Position numbers and translations under genes: made by a program. The notes beneath the pieces were generated by a model. The model had not been told where the DNA came from. It worked only from the letters and a program-made list of their open reading frames with translations, and did no database searches. A DNA stretch of 32,000 nucleotides from Staphylothermus marinus F1 (GTDB lineage: Archaea > Thermoproteota > Thermoprotei_A > Sulfolobales > Desulfurococcaceae). Positions 8,185 through 17,046 of this stretch are shown here, one piece after another (the stretch's first letter is position 1; the number at the start of each line of letters is the position of its first letter). The stretch is from assembly GCF_000015945.1 (NCBI RefSeq), contig NC_009033.1, positions 300,001 through 332,000 on the forward strand. The letters run 5' to 3'.

Positions 8185-10062
8185 CTAGAACCATGCTTCT
8201 ATCCAGTTAGGCGAGCCTTTCTCCTTCAAAACTATAGCGTTGAATGGACATACTTGAGCACATAGTCCGCATCCAGCACAGAGTTCAGACAATATTACTG
8301 GTTTCTTAGCTCCCTTAGGAACAATTATTGCTGGGCATCCCAATAGATTAACACATACCATACAACCTGTACATTTATCTTGAAGTATAGTATAGACAGG
8401 TAATTTGATACCCTTATGTCTAGCGTCTCGTATTGCTTGTAGAGCACATTTCATCCTAGAAACAATAGCTACTGGTTTACCCTCCTTGTATTTCTCAAAT
8501 GCTTCAGCAACTTTGTTTATTGATTCCTTCACGTTCATCGGGTTTATCACATATGTTTCAAACCCTATTGTCTCCAATATTTTCTCTATTGGTACACGAT
8601 ATGTTTCCTCACCCATAGCAGTCTTCCCTGTTCCAGGATGTGGTTGGTGACCAGTCATTGCTGTATAGAAGTTGTCTAGGACTAAAACTATGCTTTTACC
8701 CTTGTTATAGATGATATTTATTGATCCAGGTATTCCTGCATGATAAAATGTTGAATCACCAATAACAGCTATTACTGGTTCATCAACAACTTTGCTTAGC
8801 CCATGAGCTACACCTATACTTCCACCCATCTCGAAACTAGTCATTTGTGTATAGAATGGTTTCTGATAACCCAGCGTATAGCATCCAATATCGCCTGTGA
8901 ATATTGGATTCTTTGAACGAGCCTTGTTAGCAGCTACTTTCACAATATAGAAGGTGTTTCTATGTGGACAACCAGGACACATAACTGGTGGTCTAGGAGG
9001 TATCTTAGGTGTTAGATCTAATGGTTTCATAGGCTCCCATGGAGCAACTGGTTCTCTTCCCTCAAACAATGCTATGCTTCTATAAACTGTGTCCAGGTCT
9101 AGTTCTCCGTTCTCGGGAACAAAGTCTTTGCCGTGCAGGTCAGGTGCTAACCCGTTTTCATACATTACTTGTTTAACCTGCATTTCAACAACTGGGTCAA
9201 GTTCTTCAACTATTAATACATGTTTAGCATCTTGTAGTGTTTCAACTATGGGTTTATATGGTAGGGGAACTGGTAGATTTACTTTTACAACTGTGTATTC
9301 ATTTGTTTTACCCATGAGTTCTAGTGCTTCCGCTACATGTGCATAAGCTATTCCATCCGCTATTATCACTTTTCTTCTTCCAGGATTAAATACTGTTATA
9401 AATGGTGGATGCCCCTCTTCCTCCCTTATTTGTTTCCATACATTCATCATTCTACGTTTTTGTTTCCTACCATGCGCTGGAACAAGCACCCATCTCTCAA
9501 TAGTTCTCTCAAATTTTCCTCTGCATTTTTTCTCAGCTGGAACATCTTCTTCTAAGAGCACAGGCTGTCTTGTATGGCTTATTCTAGTTGTTGATCTAAA
9601 GATTATTGGTTGCTTATATTTCTCGCTTAGCCTATACGCTTCCTTTACCAGTTTATATGCGTCTCTAGGACTGCTTGGCTCAACTACTGGTATATGTGAT
9701 AACATTCCATACCATCTATTATCTTGTTCATTCTGGCTACTATGTTGTCCAGGATCATCTGCTGATACAATTATGAATCCAGCGTTTGTTCCAGCATATC
9801 CGCTACTCATCAATATATCTGCGGCAACATTTACACCGACATGCTTCATTGCCACTAAGCTTCTAACATAACTAATAGCTGCAGCATATGCGGCTTCAAA
9901 AGCGACTTTCTCATTCGTGCTCCACTCAACATATATTCCAGCTTCCTTAGCAACACTTGCTAAGCTCTCAACTATCTCTGTAGATGGCGTGCCTGGATAT
10001 GCTGATGCAAAACATATTCCAGCCTCTAATGCTCCACGTGCTATTGCTTCATTGCCCATCAA
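8185..10062 (-). CDS. iorA: indolepyruvate:ferredoxin oxidoreductase, alpha subunit (the N-terminus probably extends upstream; see findings)
   Basis: GNEAIARGALEAG..AYPGTPSTEI, a TPP-binding region (GDIGCY..., GDSTFYHAG), and two C-terminal ferredoxin-type clusters (CTGCMVCVNLLGCP, CAGCGLCAQVCP). Confidence 0.9.
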   Translation of the reverse strand: MMGNEAIARGALEAGICFASAYPGTPSTEIVESLASVAKEAGIYVEWSTNEKVAFEAAYAAAISYVRSLVAMKHVGVNVAADILMSSGYAGTNAGFIIVSADDPGQHSSQNEQDNRWYGMLSHIPVVEPSSPRDAYKLVKEAYRLSEKYKQPIIFRSTTRISHTRQPVLLEEDVPAEKKCRGKFERTIERWVLVPAHGRKQKRRMMNVWKQIREEEGHPPFITVFNPGRRKVIIADGIAYAHVAEALELMGKTNEYTVVKVNLPVPLPYKPIVETLQDAKHVLIVEELDPVVEMQVKQVMYENGLAPDLHGKDFVPENGELDLDTVYRSIALFEGREPVAPWEPMKPLDLTPKIPPRPPVMCPGCPHRNTFYIVKVAANKARSKNPIFTGDIGCYTLGYQKPFYTQMTSFEMGGSIGVAHGLSKVVDEPVIAVIGDSTFYHAGIPGSINIIYNKGKSIVLVLDNFYTAMTGHQPHPGTGKTAMGEETYRVPIEKILETIGFETYVINPMNVKESINKVAEAFEKYKEGKPVAIVSRMKCALQAIRDARHKGIKLPVYTILQDKCTGCMVCVNLLGCPAIIVPKGAKKPVILSELCAGCGLCAQVCPFNAIVLKEKGSPNWIEAWF

Positions 10063-10323
10063 TAATATTTTTGAGCCTTTAGAAGCTAGGAGATCTGTTT
10101 TTGGAATAATGAAGCCACCTCCTTAGAAGCACGTGTTCTAAGCTATTACAAATTGTTATATGAAAGGTTTAATAAATACGGCGATACATATTTATTGTTC
10201 CTTATAAATATGTGAAAATATATGATCGTTCCAATACATTTTAGTGGGATTGTTCCAACAAAGAATTTATATATAATCGTTCCCACTATATAACATAGAG
10301 AAATGTTTCCCAGGTGGTAGAAT

Positions 10324-10680
10324 ATGCCTCGCGTCAAGAAGGTTGTTTACGAAGACCAAGAAGTAGTAGTAGCATTAGCCCCTAGAGACGAAGAACTGCC
10401 GGAAATGGTGCTAGAAACTATTAAAGAGAAAGGACGGCCAATGTTCTTCGACGAACTAGTAAGAGAGTTTAGCGGTATAGCTGGTGAGGACAGGCTTAGG
10501 AAAGCAGTTAACCACTTATTAGCACTTGGAGCGATCATAGAGTTTCCCGATGGAAGCCTTGGAACACCAGATATGAAGTGGAAACCTAGAAAAACAAGGC
10601 GCAGAAGAAGGAGGAGAACACCTAGACTTATGAGCGATATAGCAATGCCAAAAACATATTATAGACCTCCAGAACAGTGA
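10324..10680 (+). CDS. hypothetical small protein (possible winged-helix core, poly-Arg tract)
   Basis: 118-aa ORF with the ATG 6 nt after GGTGGT. Contains KPRKTRRRRRRRTPR. No family recognised. Confidence 0.5.
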   Translation: MPRVKKVVYEDQEVVVALAPRDEELPEMVLETIKEKGRPMFFDELVREFSGIAGEDRLRKAVNHLLALGAIIEFPDGSLGTPDMKWKPRKTRRRRRRRTPRLMSDIAMPKTYYRPPEQ

Positions 10681-10737
10681 GGATCAAATATTTTTTACTA
10701 TATTATTTTTATTATTCTCTTTCTTTTCTTCTTCCTA

Positions 10738-11559
10738 TTATTTCCTACGCCTACGTCTAGAAGACTTTGTTCCCCATTCAACTATGGATTTATATCCTTT
10801 ACACTTATCATAGTTTAACAACTTTATTCCATAGCGTAATTCGAGTTCGCATAGATAGTCTTCGGGTATTAATGCTACTGCTCCACGATTAGTTTTTAAA
10901 CCATACGCTCTTGCAAGTATTGGTTTTACTACTCCTTCTTCAACTATCCAATCCATATATATGGGTAGCCTGGTAGTATTAATGTATCCTCTTTGTCTGA
11001 GAAAACCGTATTTATCAGTATATGTTTCCCCTACACTTATACCATCACTACACTTACCATTATTATAACATATGATATCATCTTTTCCAAGACCCTTCTC
11101 AAATATTTCCTCCAATATACTGCCGGTTGGTAGCTTAAGTTGTCTTAAGTCAACATCCATTATGCTTCCTTTAAATACAACATTTATGTTCTTGCCTAGG
11201 AGAGGTGTTGATGATTGTTTAAAACCTTCCAGTTCTCCTATTTGTTTACTAGTTTTCTTCTTACCTGTTTCCAGTATGTTGAGTAATTCTAATAATTCGT
11301 TTTTATTGTTCTTTATGAGTGGTGTGTTGTTTGTTATTGTTGGCTGTTTCTTTCGGGAACCCCCCGGTTCCACCCCTAGAGTCTTCTGAGAAACTTGTTT
11401 TTCCAAGGACTCTTCTGTCTTTTTTCCTCCAGATCTATTATTGGAACTACTTGTTTTTGATTCCACACTATTAACTGCTTGTTTCTTCGACTCTTTAAAC
11501 TCTGAAAAATAGTCTAGTATTGATTTGTTTTTTCTGGGTCTAGTCTTCTTTCTCGGCAA
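10738..11559 (-). CDS. hypothetical protein (basic, disordered N-terminal half; Cys-containing globular C-terminal half; RRRRRK tail)
   Basis: 273-aa ORF, convergent with 10324..10680. No family recognised. Confidence 0.5.
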   Translation of the reverse strand: MPRKKTRPRKNKSILDYFSEFKESKKQAVNSVESKTSSSNNRSGGKKTEESLEKQVSQKTLGVEPGGSRKKQPTITNNTPLIKNNKNELLELLNILETGKKKTSKQIGELEGFKQSSTPLLGKNINVVFKGSIMDVDLRQLKLPTGSILEEIFEKGLGKDDIICYNNGKCSDGISVGETYTDKYGFLRQRGYINTTRLPIYMDWIVEEGVVKPILARAYGLKTNRGAVALIPEDYLCELELRYGIKLLNYDKCKGYKSIVEWGTKSSRRRRRK

Positions 11560-11667
11560 AACAGCATTACACCAGGGAATACATTATTGATGGGTCTCCA
11601 ATAAATAAATGCAGGGTTTTTAAAGAGGGGTATCGACAATTATTTCGATATTATTATTATGGATAAG

Positions 11668-11940
11668 TTATTTCTTAATCACAACTACTCTTGAATTAAT
11701 TGCTTGCCCCGGTAATCCATGGTAAAATATTGCTCTGTATACATTATTCCATCCCTTCCCGTGAACCCTAACTATTCTACCAACATACCTATTCCCATGC
11801 TTATCGACATACTCTACTCTAGCACCCACAAGGCTCCTTCTAGGAATATTTTCATCCAAGATCTTGATGAGAACCTGTCTATTATATTGATACCTAGGTC
11901 CTCTACGGAAACTAATTATTAAACCTGGGGCACGGATCAT
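11668..11940 (-). CDS. rpl35ae: 50S ribosomal protein L35Ae
   Basis: MIRAPGLIISFRRGPRYQYNRQVLIKI...GRIVRVHGKGWNNVYRAIFYHGLPGQAINSRVVVI matches the L35Ae pattern (..G.I.RVHG..G.VRA.F..GLPGQA.G..V.I). I chose the ATG at 11940 (90 aa); the longer ORF-track N-terminus runs into the GC-rich element. Confidence 0.85.
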   Translation of the reverse strand: MIRAPGLIISFRRGPRYQYNRQVLIKILDENIPRRSLVGARVEYVDKHGNRYVGRIVRVHGKGWNNVYRAIFYHGLPGQAINSRVVVIKK

Positions 11941-12008
11941 TGGGAAACCCTCCCATACCCCAGTATTTAGACAAAACTGCTTACAAAGAATTTTTAGAAA
12001 ATGTTTTA

Positions 12009-12182
12009 GCCCGCCCACGGAGCCGGCGGCCCAGGCAACTCCACCACCGGCTCCACCCCCTCCTCCTCGAGGGGGCGCCTCCAGGTGGAGTATCCCCGGG
12101 CTATCTACTTGACATTACTATTTAATGTCAAGCCTCATCTTTGCCCGGGGGGCCCGGGACCTGGAGGCGTAGGCGGTTGGCC
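12009..12182 (-). ncRNA. GC-rich structured RNA candidate of unknown class (four-way junction); strand tentative
   Basis: A G+C-rich island in AT-rich intergenic DNA. Perfect complementary arms: 12019-12026/12047-12054 (8 bp); 12056-12062/12069-12075 (7 bp); 12077-12086/12159-12168 (10 bp); 12094-12101/12143-12150 (8 bp); 12108-12117/12123-12132 (10 bp). A terminal helix is formed by 12011-12015/12172-12176. On the minus strand the internal loop reads AAAGATGAGG / TAGATA, which is K-turn-like because of its GA content. Confidence 0.45.
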
Positions 12183-12427
12183 ATTATATATTTATTGTTT
12201 TATTCCTTATATTTTTTAAACTCATAACAATGTTAAATGCTTGATATATGTTATAAAAACAGGATAATTGTTCATATTATGGAACTCTTTTATATAAATC
12301 ATTGTAGAATTTCTAGTTAAGGATCTCGCAGACGAAACTTCATAGTTTTATATAATTCATAGATAATGTTTTATTATCAAATAATTCAATCAACTATGTA
12401 GAGTCTATCAAATATGGTGATATTGAT

Positions 12428-13684
12428 TTGCGGATTTGTGGATGGATAATTCGTTTGAAAATTGTTGGTAAAGTTGTGATTATTGAGGTTAGTGGCAACA
12501 CTAGTGTGAAACCTTATGTATTAGTGTTGAAGAAGAATCGGGAGCCAGAACTATATGAGGAAGCGAAGAAGCTTAGTGTAGGGACAGCATTGTGCTTTGA
12601 AGGAGAAAAATCTCCTGTGCAGAAGAGTAAGCGTGGAGTAGAATATATTGTTAAAAAACTAAAGATATATAGTAAGCCATTAGAGCCTTTACCAGTAGAT
12701 ACAGTTGGGAAAGTGCCCGCTCTCCTAGATACAAGGATCAAGTATAGATATCTCCTAGTAAGAAATCCTGTTGAGAAAGCAATTTTTCGTATTAGAGCAG
12801 GAATTATTGAAGCAGCTAGACAATACTTTAACAATAATGGATTCATAGAGATACACACACCTAAAATAGTAGCTGCTGGTGCAGAAGGTGGAGCAACACT
12901 TTTCCCAGTTCAGTATTTCGAGAATAAAGCTTATCTTAGTCAGAGCCCACAATTATATAAACAAATGCTTATAGCCGGGTTTCCAAGAGTATTTGAGATA
13001 ACACCTTATTTTAGGGCAGAAAAATTCAACACTACAAGACATTTGAATGAATCATGGGGTATTGATGCCGAGCAAGGATTCATAGATAGTGTTGAAGATG
13101 TACTAAATACTCTTGAGGACCTCATAGTATACATTAACAACTATATAAGGAAAAACTATGTTGAAGAACAAGAAACCTTAGGAATTGAGATTGAGAAGCT
13201 CGATAAACCATTTAAGAGGCTGAAATTTGAGGAAGCAATAGATCTACTGCGTTCAGAAGGATTAGAAGTATCGGAAGGAGAAGATCTTAGTGATGCAGCT
13301 GAGAAGAAACTTGGCGAGATCATGGAGGAGAAAGGATACAAGATATATTTCATAATAGGATTTCCATGGCAAGCAACAGGGTTCTATTATATGCGTGAAG
13401 AAGATGGTTATCATACTAGAAAATTTGATCTAGACTATAAAGGCTTAGAAATAGCTAGTGGTGGTCAGAGAGAGCATAGATATGATAAACTAGTATCTGC
13501 CTTAAAAGATAAAGGATTGAATCCCGAAGACTTCGCATTCTATCTAGAAGCTTTCAAATATGGCATGCCTCCGCATGGTGGTTTTGGATTGGGTATTGAG
13601 CGTTTAATGATGAAAATGCTTGGTCTAGAAAATATTCGTGAAGCAATACTTTTCGTAAGAGATAGGACGCGTCTTGTTCCCTAA
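12428..13684 (+). CDS. aspS: aspartyl-tRNA synthetase, archaeal type (class IIb)
   Basis: N-terminal OB-fold region, motif 2 FRAEKFNTTRHLNESW, motif 3 GGFGLGIERLMM, and the C-terminal end ILFVRDRTRLVP. TTG start lies 6 nt after GGTGAT. Start uncertain (see findings). Confidence 0.9.
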   Translation: MRICGWIIRLKIVGKVVIIEVSGNTSVKPYVLVLKKNREPELYEEAKKLSVGTALCFEGEKSPVQKSKRGVEYIVKKLKIYSKPLEPLPVDTVGKVPALLDTRIKYRYLLVRNPVEKAIFRIRAGIIEAARQYFNNNGFIEIHTPKIVAAGAEGGATLFPVQYFENKAYLSQSPQLYKQMLIAGFPRVFEITPYFRAEKFNTTRHLNESWGIDAEQGFIDSVEDVLNTLEDLIVYINNYIRKNYVEEQETLGIEIEKLDKPFKRLKFEEAIDLLRSEGLEVSEGEDLSDAAEKKLGEIMEEKGYKIYFIIGFPWQATGFYYMREEDGYHTRKFDLDYKGLEIASGGQREHRYDKLVSALKDKGLNPEDFAFYLEAFKYGMPPHGGFGLGIERLMMKMLGLENIREAILFVRDRTRLVP

Positions 13685-13753
13685 TATTTGTCTAGACAAA
13701 TATTTTTAATTGCAAATATTCTATCTATTATTTGTTAGGAGGGGCTCTAAGAT

Positions 13754-14125
13754 ATGACTATTAAAGCAGTTGAGAGATTAAAGCGGAAAATAACTGTTGA
13801 AAACCTATGGATCTATATATTAAAGATAATAATGGACCATGGAGAAATAAGAGGATATGATGCAAGGAAGTATTTGAGAGAAGAATATGATATCAAGGTT
13901 CCAGCAATAACCACATATACAGTTATTTATCGGATGGAGCGTGAAGGATTAATTAAGAAAATAAGCAATGGCGAAAAATACTATAAGATTACTGAAAAAG
14001 GATATGAAGCTTTTAAGCAAGGAATAAATCTGATTAAGGAACTATTATCAAAACTCGTTCTAAACAACTCTGTCAGAGACAAGACTAATTCATCTAATCA
14101 ATTTATAGATGAAAACAAAACATAG
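13754..14125 (+). CDS. PadR-family winged-helix transcriptional regulator
   Basis: LWIYILKIIMDHGEIRGYDARKYLREEYDIKVPAITTYTVIYRMEREGLI fits the PadR wHTH pattern (..iL.lL...p.hGYel.k.l........s.gtlY..L.rLe..Gli). Confidence 0.6.
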   Translation: MTIKAVERLKRKITVENLWIYILKIIMDHGEIRGYDARKYLREEYDIKVPAITTYTVIYRMEREGLIKKISNGEKYYKITEKGYEAFKQGINLIKELLSKLVLNNSVRDKTNSSNQFIDENKT

Positions 14126-14179
14126 CCCCTCCACATCTCTCAACAATATTAACTAAATTCGTGAAGGTGCCGTATTAAG

Positions 14180-15316
14180 ATGATCCGTGTAGTAATTATT
14201 GGGCAAGGCCTTGTTGGAACTCATTTTGCAGTTGGTATTGAAAGACTGAAACAAAACATTATTTTAGATTACGGTGTTCCATTGGGGAGAAAAATACCTA
14301 TTCCATATAAAAACATAGAGATTGTTGGATCATATGATGTGGACAATGAAAAAGTAGGTAAAACAATATATGATATAGCATTAAGAGTTTTTCCGAAAGA
14401 AGAAGTCCCTGAAACCCTCAAAGACATAGTTGTTAAAAGAGGCATACACCTTGATAGTTTAAAGGGTCTACCTTTTAAGGCTGAAGGTATAGAAAAAGGG
14501 AGAAGTCTTAGAGAAGCTATTGATCAATTAGTTGATGAATGGAGATCTCTTAACGCGGATGTATTTATTAATGTTATAACTACCGAGCCAGCTGAAGTTA
14601 TTGGTAGTGTTGAAAAAATAGAGAAGAGAATAGATGAGGGAAAAATAAGTGCTAGCCAAGCATACGCATATGCTGTTGCTGAGTATTCTAGAAGAGTAAA
14701 ATCCGCAGTATTTATAAATGCAATCCCTTCCCCTATAGCAAATGATCCAGGGTTCGTAGATTTATTTAGAAGAAACAATGCTGTAGTGTTCGGAGATGAT
14801 GGGGCAACTGGAGCAACTCCATTAACAGCTGATCTCCTAGAACATCTACATGAACGTAATAGGAGAGTACTAGATATAGCACAGTTCAATATTGGTGGAA
14901 ATTCTGATTTTCTAGCATTGGATCAACCTGATAGAAACACTATGAAGAAGAAAACTAAGAGCAGTATTGTAGAGGATATACTAGGTTATAGTGTTCCAAA
15001 CTATATTAGACCCACAGGATATTTAGAGCCGCTTGGTGATAGAAAATTTGTTGCAATGATTATAGAGTATTTAAGCTTCAACAACTTCAAGGATGAACTA
15101 TACATTGTGGCGAGAATAAATGATAGCCCAGCACTCGCAGGGCTACTAATTGATCTCGTGAGGCTCGGTAAAATAGCGCTTGATAAAAAAGCTTATGGTA
15201 CAATATATGAAATCAACGCGTTCTACATGAAAAATCCCGGACCATATAAAGCTAAATCAATAGCTAAGACTAAAGCATACGATAAACTATTATCATGGCT
15301 AAGGATAAATACTTAA
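14180..15316 (+). CDS. myo-inositol-1-phosphate synthase (archaeal short form)
   Basis: Rossmann-like start IRVVIIGQGLVGTH. The blocks GDDGATGATPLTADLL, FNIGGNSDFLAL and KKKTKSSIVEDIL correspond to conserved MIPS blocks (compare eukaryotic SYNHLGNNDG and SKEISKSxVxDDI, from memory). Confidence 0.7.
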   Translation: MIRVVIIGQGLVGTHFAVGIERLKQNIILDYGVPLGRKIPIPYKNIEIVGSYDVDNEKVGKTIYDIALRVFPKEEVPETLKDIVVKRGIHLDSLKGLPFKAEGIEKGRSLREAIDQLVDEWRSLNADVFINVITTEPAEVIGSVEKIEKRIDEGKISASQAYAYAVAEYSRRVKSAVFINAIPSPIANDPGFVDLFRRNNAVVFGDDGATGATPLTADLLEHLHERNRRVLDIAQFNIGGNSDFLALDQPDRNTMKKKTKSSIVEDILGYSVPNYIRPTGYLEPLGDRKFVAMIIEYLSFNNFKDELYIVARINDSPALAGLLIDLVRLGKIALDKKAYGTIYEINAFYMKNPGPYKAKSIAKTKAYDKLLSWLRINT

Positions 15317-15572
15317 AAATAAAAATAGTAGCATTACAGCATTTAAAATTTTTAAATAATTACACCTCCACATCTAGTAACTATCATGTCAGACTACTTA
15401 GTTGGGAAAAATATTTATAGGTTAGAGTTGTAGCTAATACGTTTGAATAATTATATAAATAAATAAATTTAGATTGTAGCAACTATTTTAGTTGTAATGG
15501 AGTAACACTTTTTATTCACCAATCTATATATTAATATATAGTCTATAATTGTAGTATTATAGGTGTATAAAA

Positions 15573-16904
15573 ATGGGCTATGAAGCTATTTCTAAAACCA
15601 TCGCGATCATAATAACTATCATTGTTATAGTAGCTATTGCTGGAGGAGCCTATTGGTGGTACACGTCTACACAGCAACAGCAACAAGTAACTATTACATG
15701 GGCATCAACCCAGCTTGTCCCTCCACAAGAGCAAGCGTTTGTTAAGGGAGAACTACTGCCACCATTTACTCAAGAAACAGGGATCAAAGTAGAATTTGTT
15801 GGTTTAAGCTATGATGAACTAAACACAAGGCTCCAGAGCGAAATGCAAAGCGGTAAGGTAACCATTGATCTCATCGGAGAACTTCACGGCGGAATAGATT
15901 ATTTTGCTAGCCAGGGATGGATAGAAGACTTAAGCAAGTTCCCAGCATTAAGTGGGAGAACATTCCCAGATGTTCTCGAAAAATACAGCCATATACATGG
16001 TATTAAAGCCTATGTTCCATGGATGACAGCAACATATGTTATGGTAGTTAACAAGAAGGCATGGGATTATCTACCACCAGGGTTAACTAAGGAAGACGTT
16101 ATGAAGGGAACAGATAAGTGGACATATGATGCATTATTAGCGTGGGCAAAGAACCTTTATGAGAAGACGGGCGGGCCAAAACTAGGATTCCCAGCAGGAC
16201 CTAACGGGTTGTTCGTTAGATTCCTACACGGATACCTCTATCCATCATTTACAGGAGCACAAGTAAAGAACTTTAACAGCACCGACGCAGTTGCTATGTG
16301 GCAGTATCTCAAAGAATTATGGAAATATGTCGTACCAGAGAGCACAACATATGATGCAATGGCTGACCCACTACTAAGAGGAGATGTTTGGATTGCATGG
16401 GACCACACAGCCCGTATCAAGGATGCTATTGAGCAGAAACCTGACCAGTTCGATGTAGTTCCAGTGCCACGTGGGCCAAAGGGAAGAGGCTTCATCCTAG
16501 TAGTAGTTGGACTAGCTATACCAAAGGGTGCACCACACGAGGATGCAGCATGGAAGCTTATAGATTACCTAACAAGACCCGAAACACAGGTCAAGGTACT
16601 AGAAAAGGTTGGATTCTTCCCAACAGTTAAGGAAGCCTCCGCGAAAGTTCCAGCAGGCCCATTACAAGTACTAGCTAAAGGTGTTATAGCTCAGGAATCA
16701 ACATCGGACGCATTAGTAGCACTCATACCCAGCCTAGGAGCTAAGGGTGGAGACTTCAAACAAATATATCTAACAGCATTTGAGAAAATAGTATTGAACA
16801 ATGAAGATATCAAATCAACACTTGACAGCCTCTACCCACAACTAATAAATCTGTTCCAGAGCCAGAACCTGCCATTACCACCACCAGATCAGCCGGTTGG
16901 CTAA
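15573..16904 (+). CDS. ABC transporter extracellular solute-binding protein (family 1, sugar type), membrane-anchored
   Basis: N-terminal TM anchor plus a Gln-rich linker (TSTQQQQQ), then a roughly 400-aa periplasmic-binding-protein-like body. First gene of a binding-protein/permease/permease/ATPase operon. Confidence 0.85.
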   Translation: MGYEAISKTIAIIITIIVIVAIAGGAYWWYTSTQQQQQVTITWASTQLVPPQEQAFVKGELLPPFTQETGIKVEFVGLSYDELNTRLQSEMQSGKVTIDLIGELHGGIDYFASQGWIEDLSKFPALSGRTFPDVLEKYSHIHGIKAYVPWMTATYVMVVNKKAWDYLPPGLTKEDVMKGTDKWTYDALLAWAKNLYEKTGGPKLGFPAGPNGLFVRFLHGYLYPSFTGAQVKNFNSTDAVAMWQYLKELWKYVVPESTTYDAMADPLLRGDVWIAWDHTARIKDAIEQKPDQFDVVPVPRGPKGRGFILVVVGLAIPKGAPHEDAAWKLIDYLTRPETQVKVLEKVGFFPTVKEASAKVPAGPLQVLAKGVIAQESTSDALVALIPSLGAKGGDFKQIYLTAFEKIVLNNEDIKSTLDSLYPQLINLFQSQNLPLPPPDQPVG

Positions 16905-17046
16905 ACAATAAATTCTAATAAAAACAATATTTTAGGGATAAAACCACATAAATATATACACCTTTTTTTCATATACCATATTGAAATCTGTGAGTTACCC
17001 TGATAGTCCATGTAGGATTTGAGAGGATTTAGGAGGGTTTTATGGA

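Noticed and set aside
8405-10126. Several short plus-strand ORFs within iorA (8405..8650, 9089..9346, 9337..9555, 9917..10126)
   Set aside because: They lie antisense to a confidently identified gene and have no motifs.
10146-10337. 63-aa minus-strand ORF in the iorA/ORF-118 intergenic region
   Set aside because: It spans the divergent promoter, including TATA-like sequence and the repeated boxes. It has no SD, and it overlaps the start of the plus-strand gene.
11940-12125. 61-aa plus-strand ORF and the N-terminal 26 codons of the 116-aa L35Ae ORF
   Set aside because: Both run through the GC-rich structured element, where stop codons are rare by composition. L35Ae homology begins at the ATG at 11940.
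12009-12182. Identification of the GC-rich element as tRNA, SRP RNA or RNase P RNA
   Set aside because: Neither strand has a GTTCRAATC-type T-loop or a 7-bp acceptor geometry. There is no helix-8-like GGAA/AGCA motif, and the element is far shorter than the roughly 300-nt archaeal SRP RNA. There is no GGAAAGTCC-type P4 sequence. It is left as unknown class.
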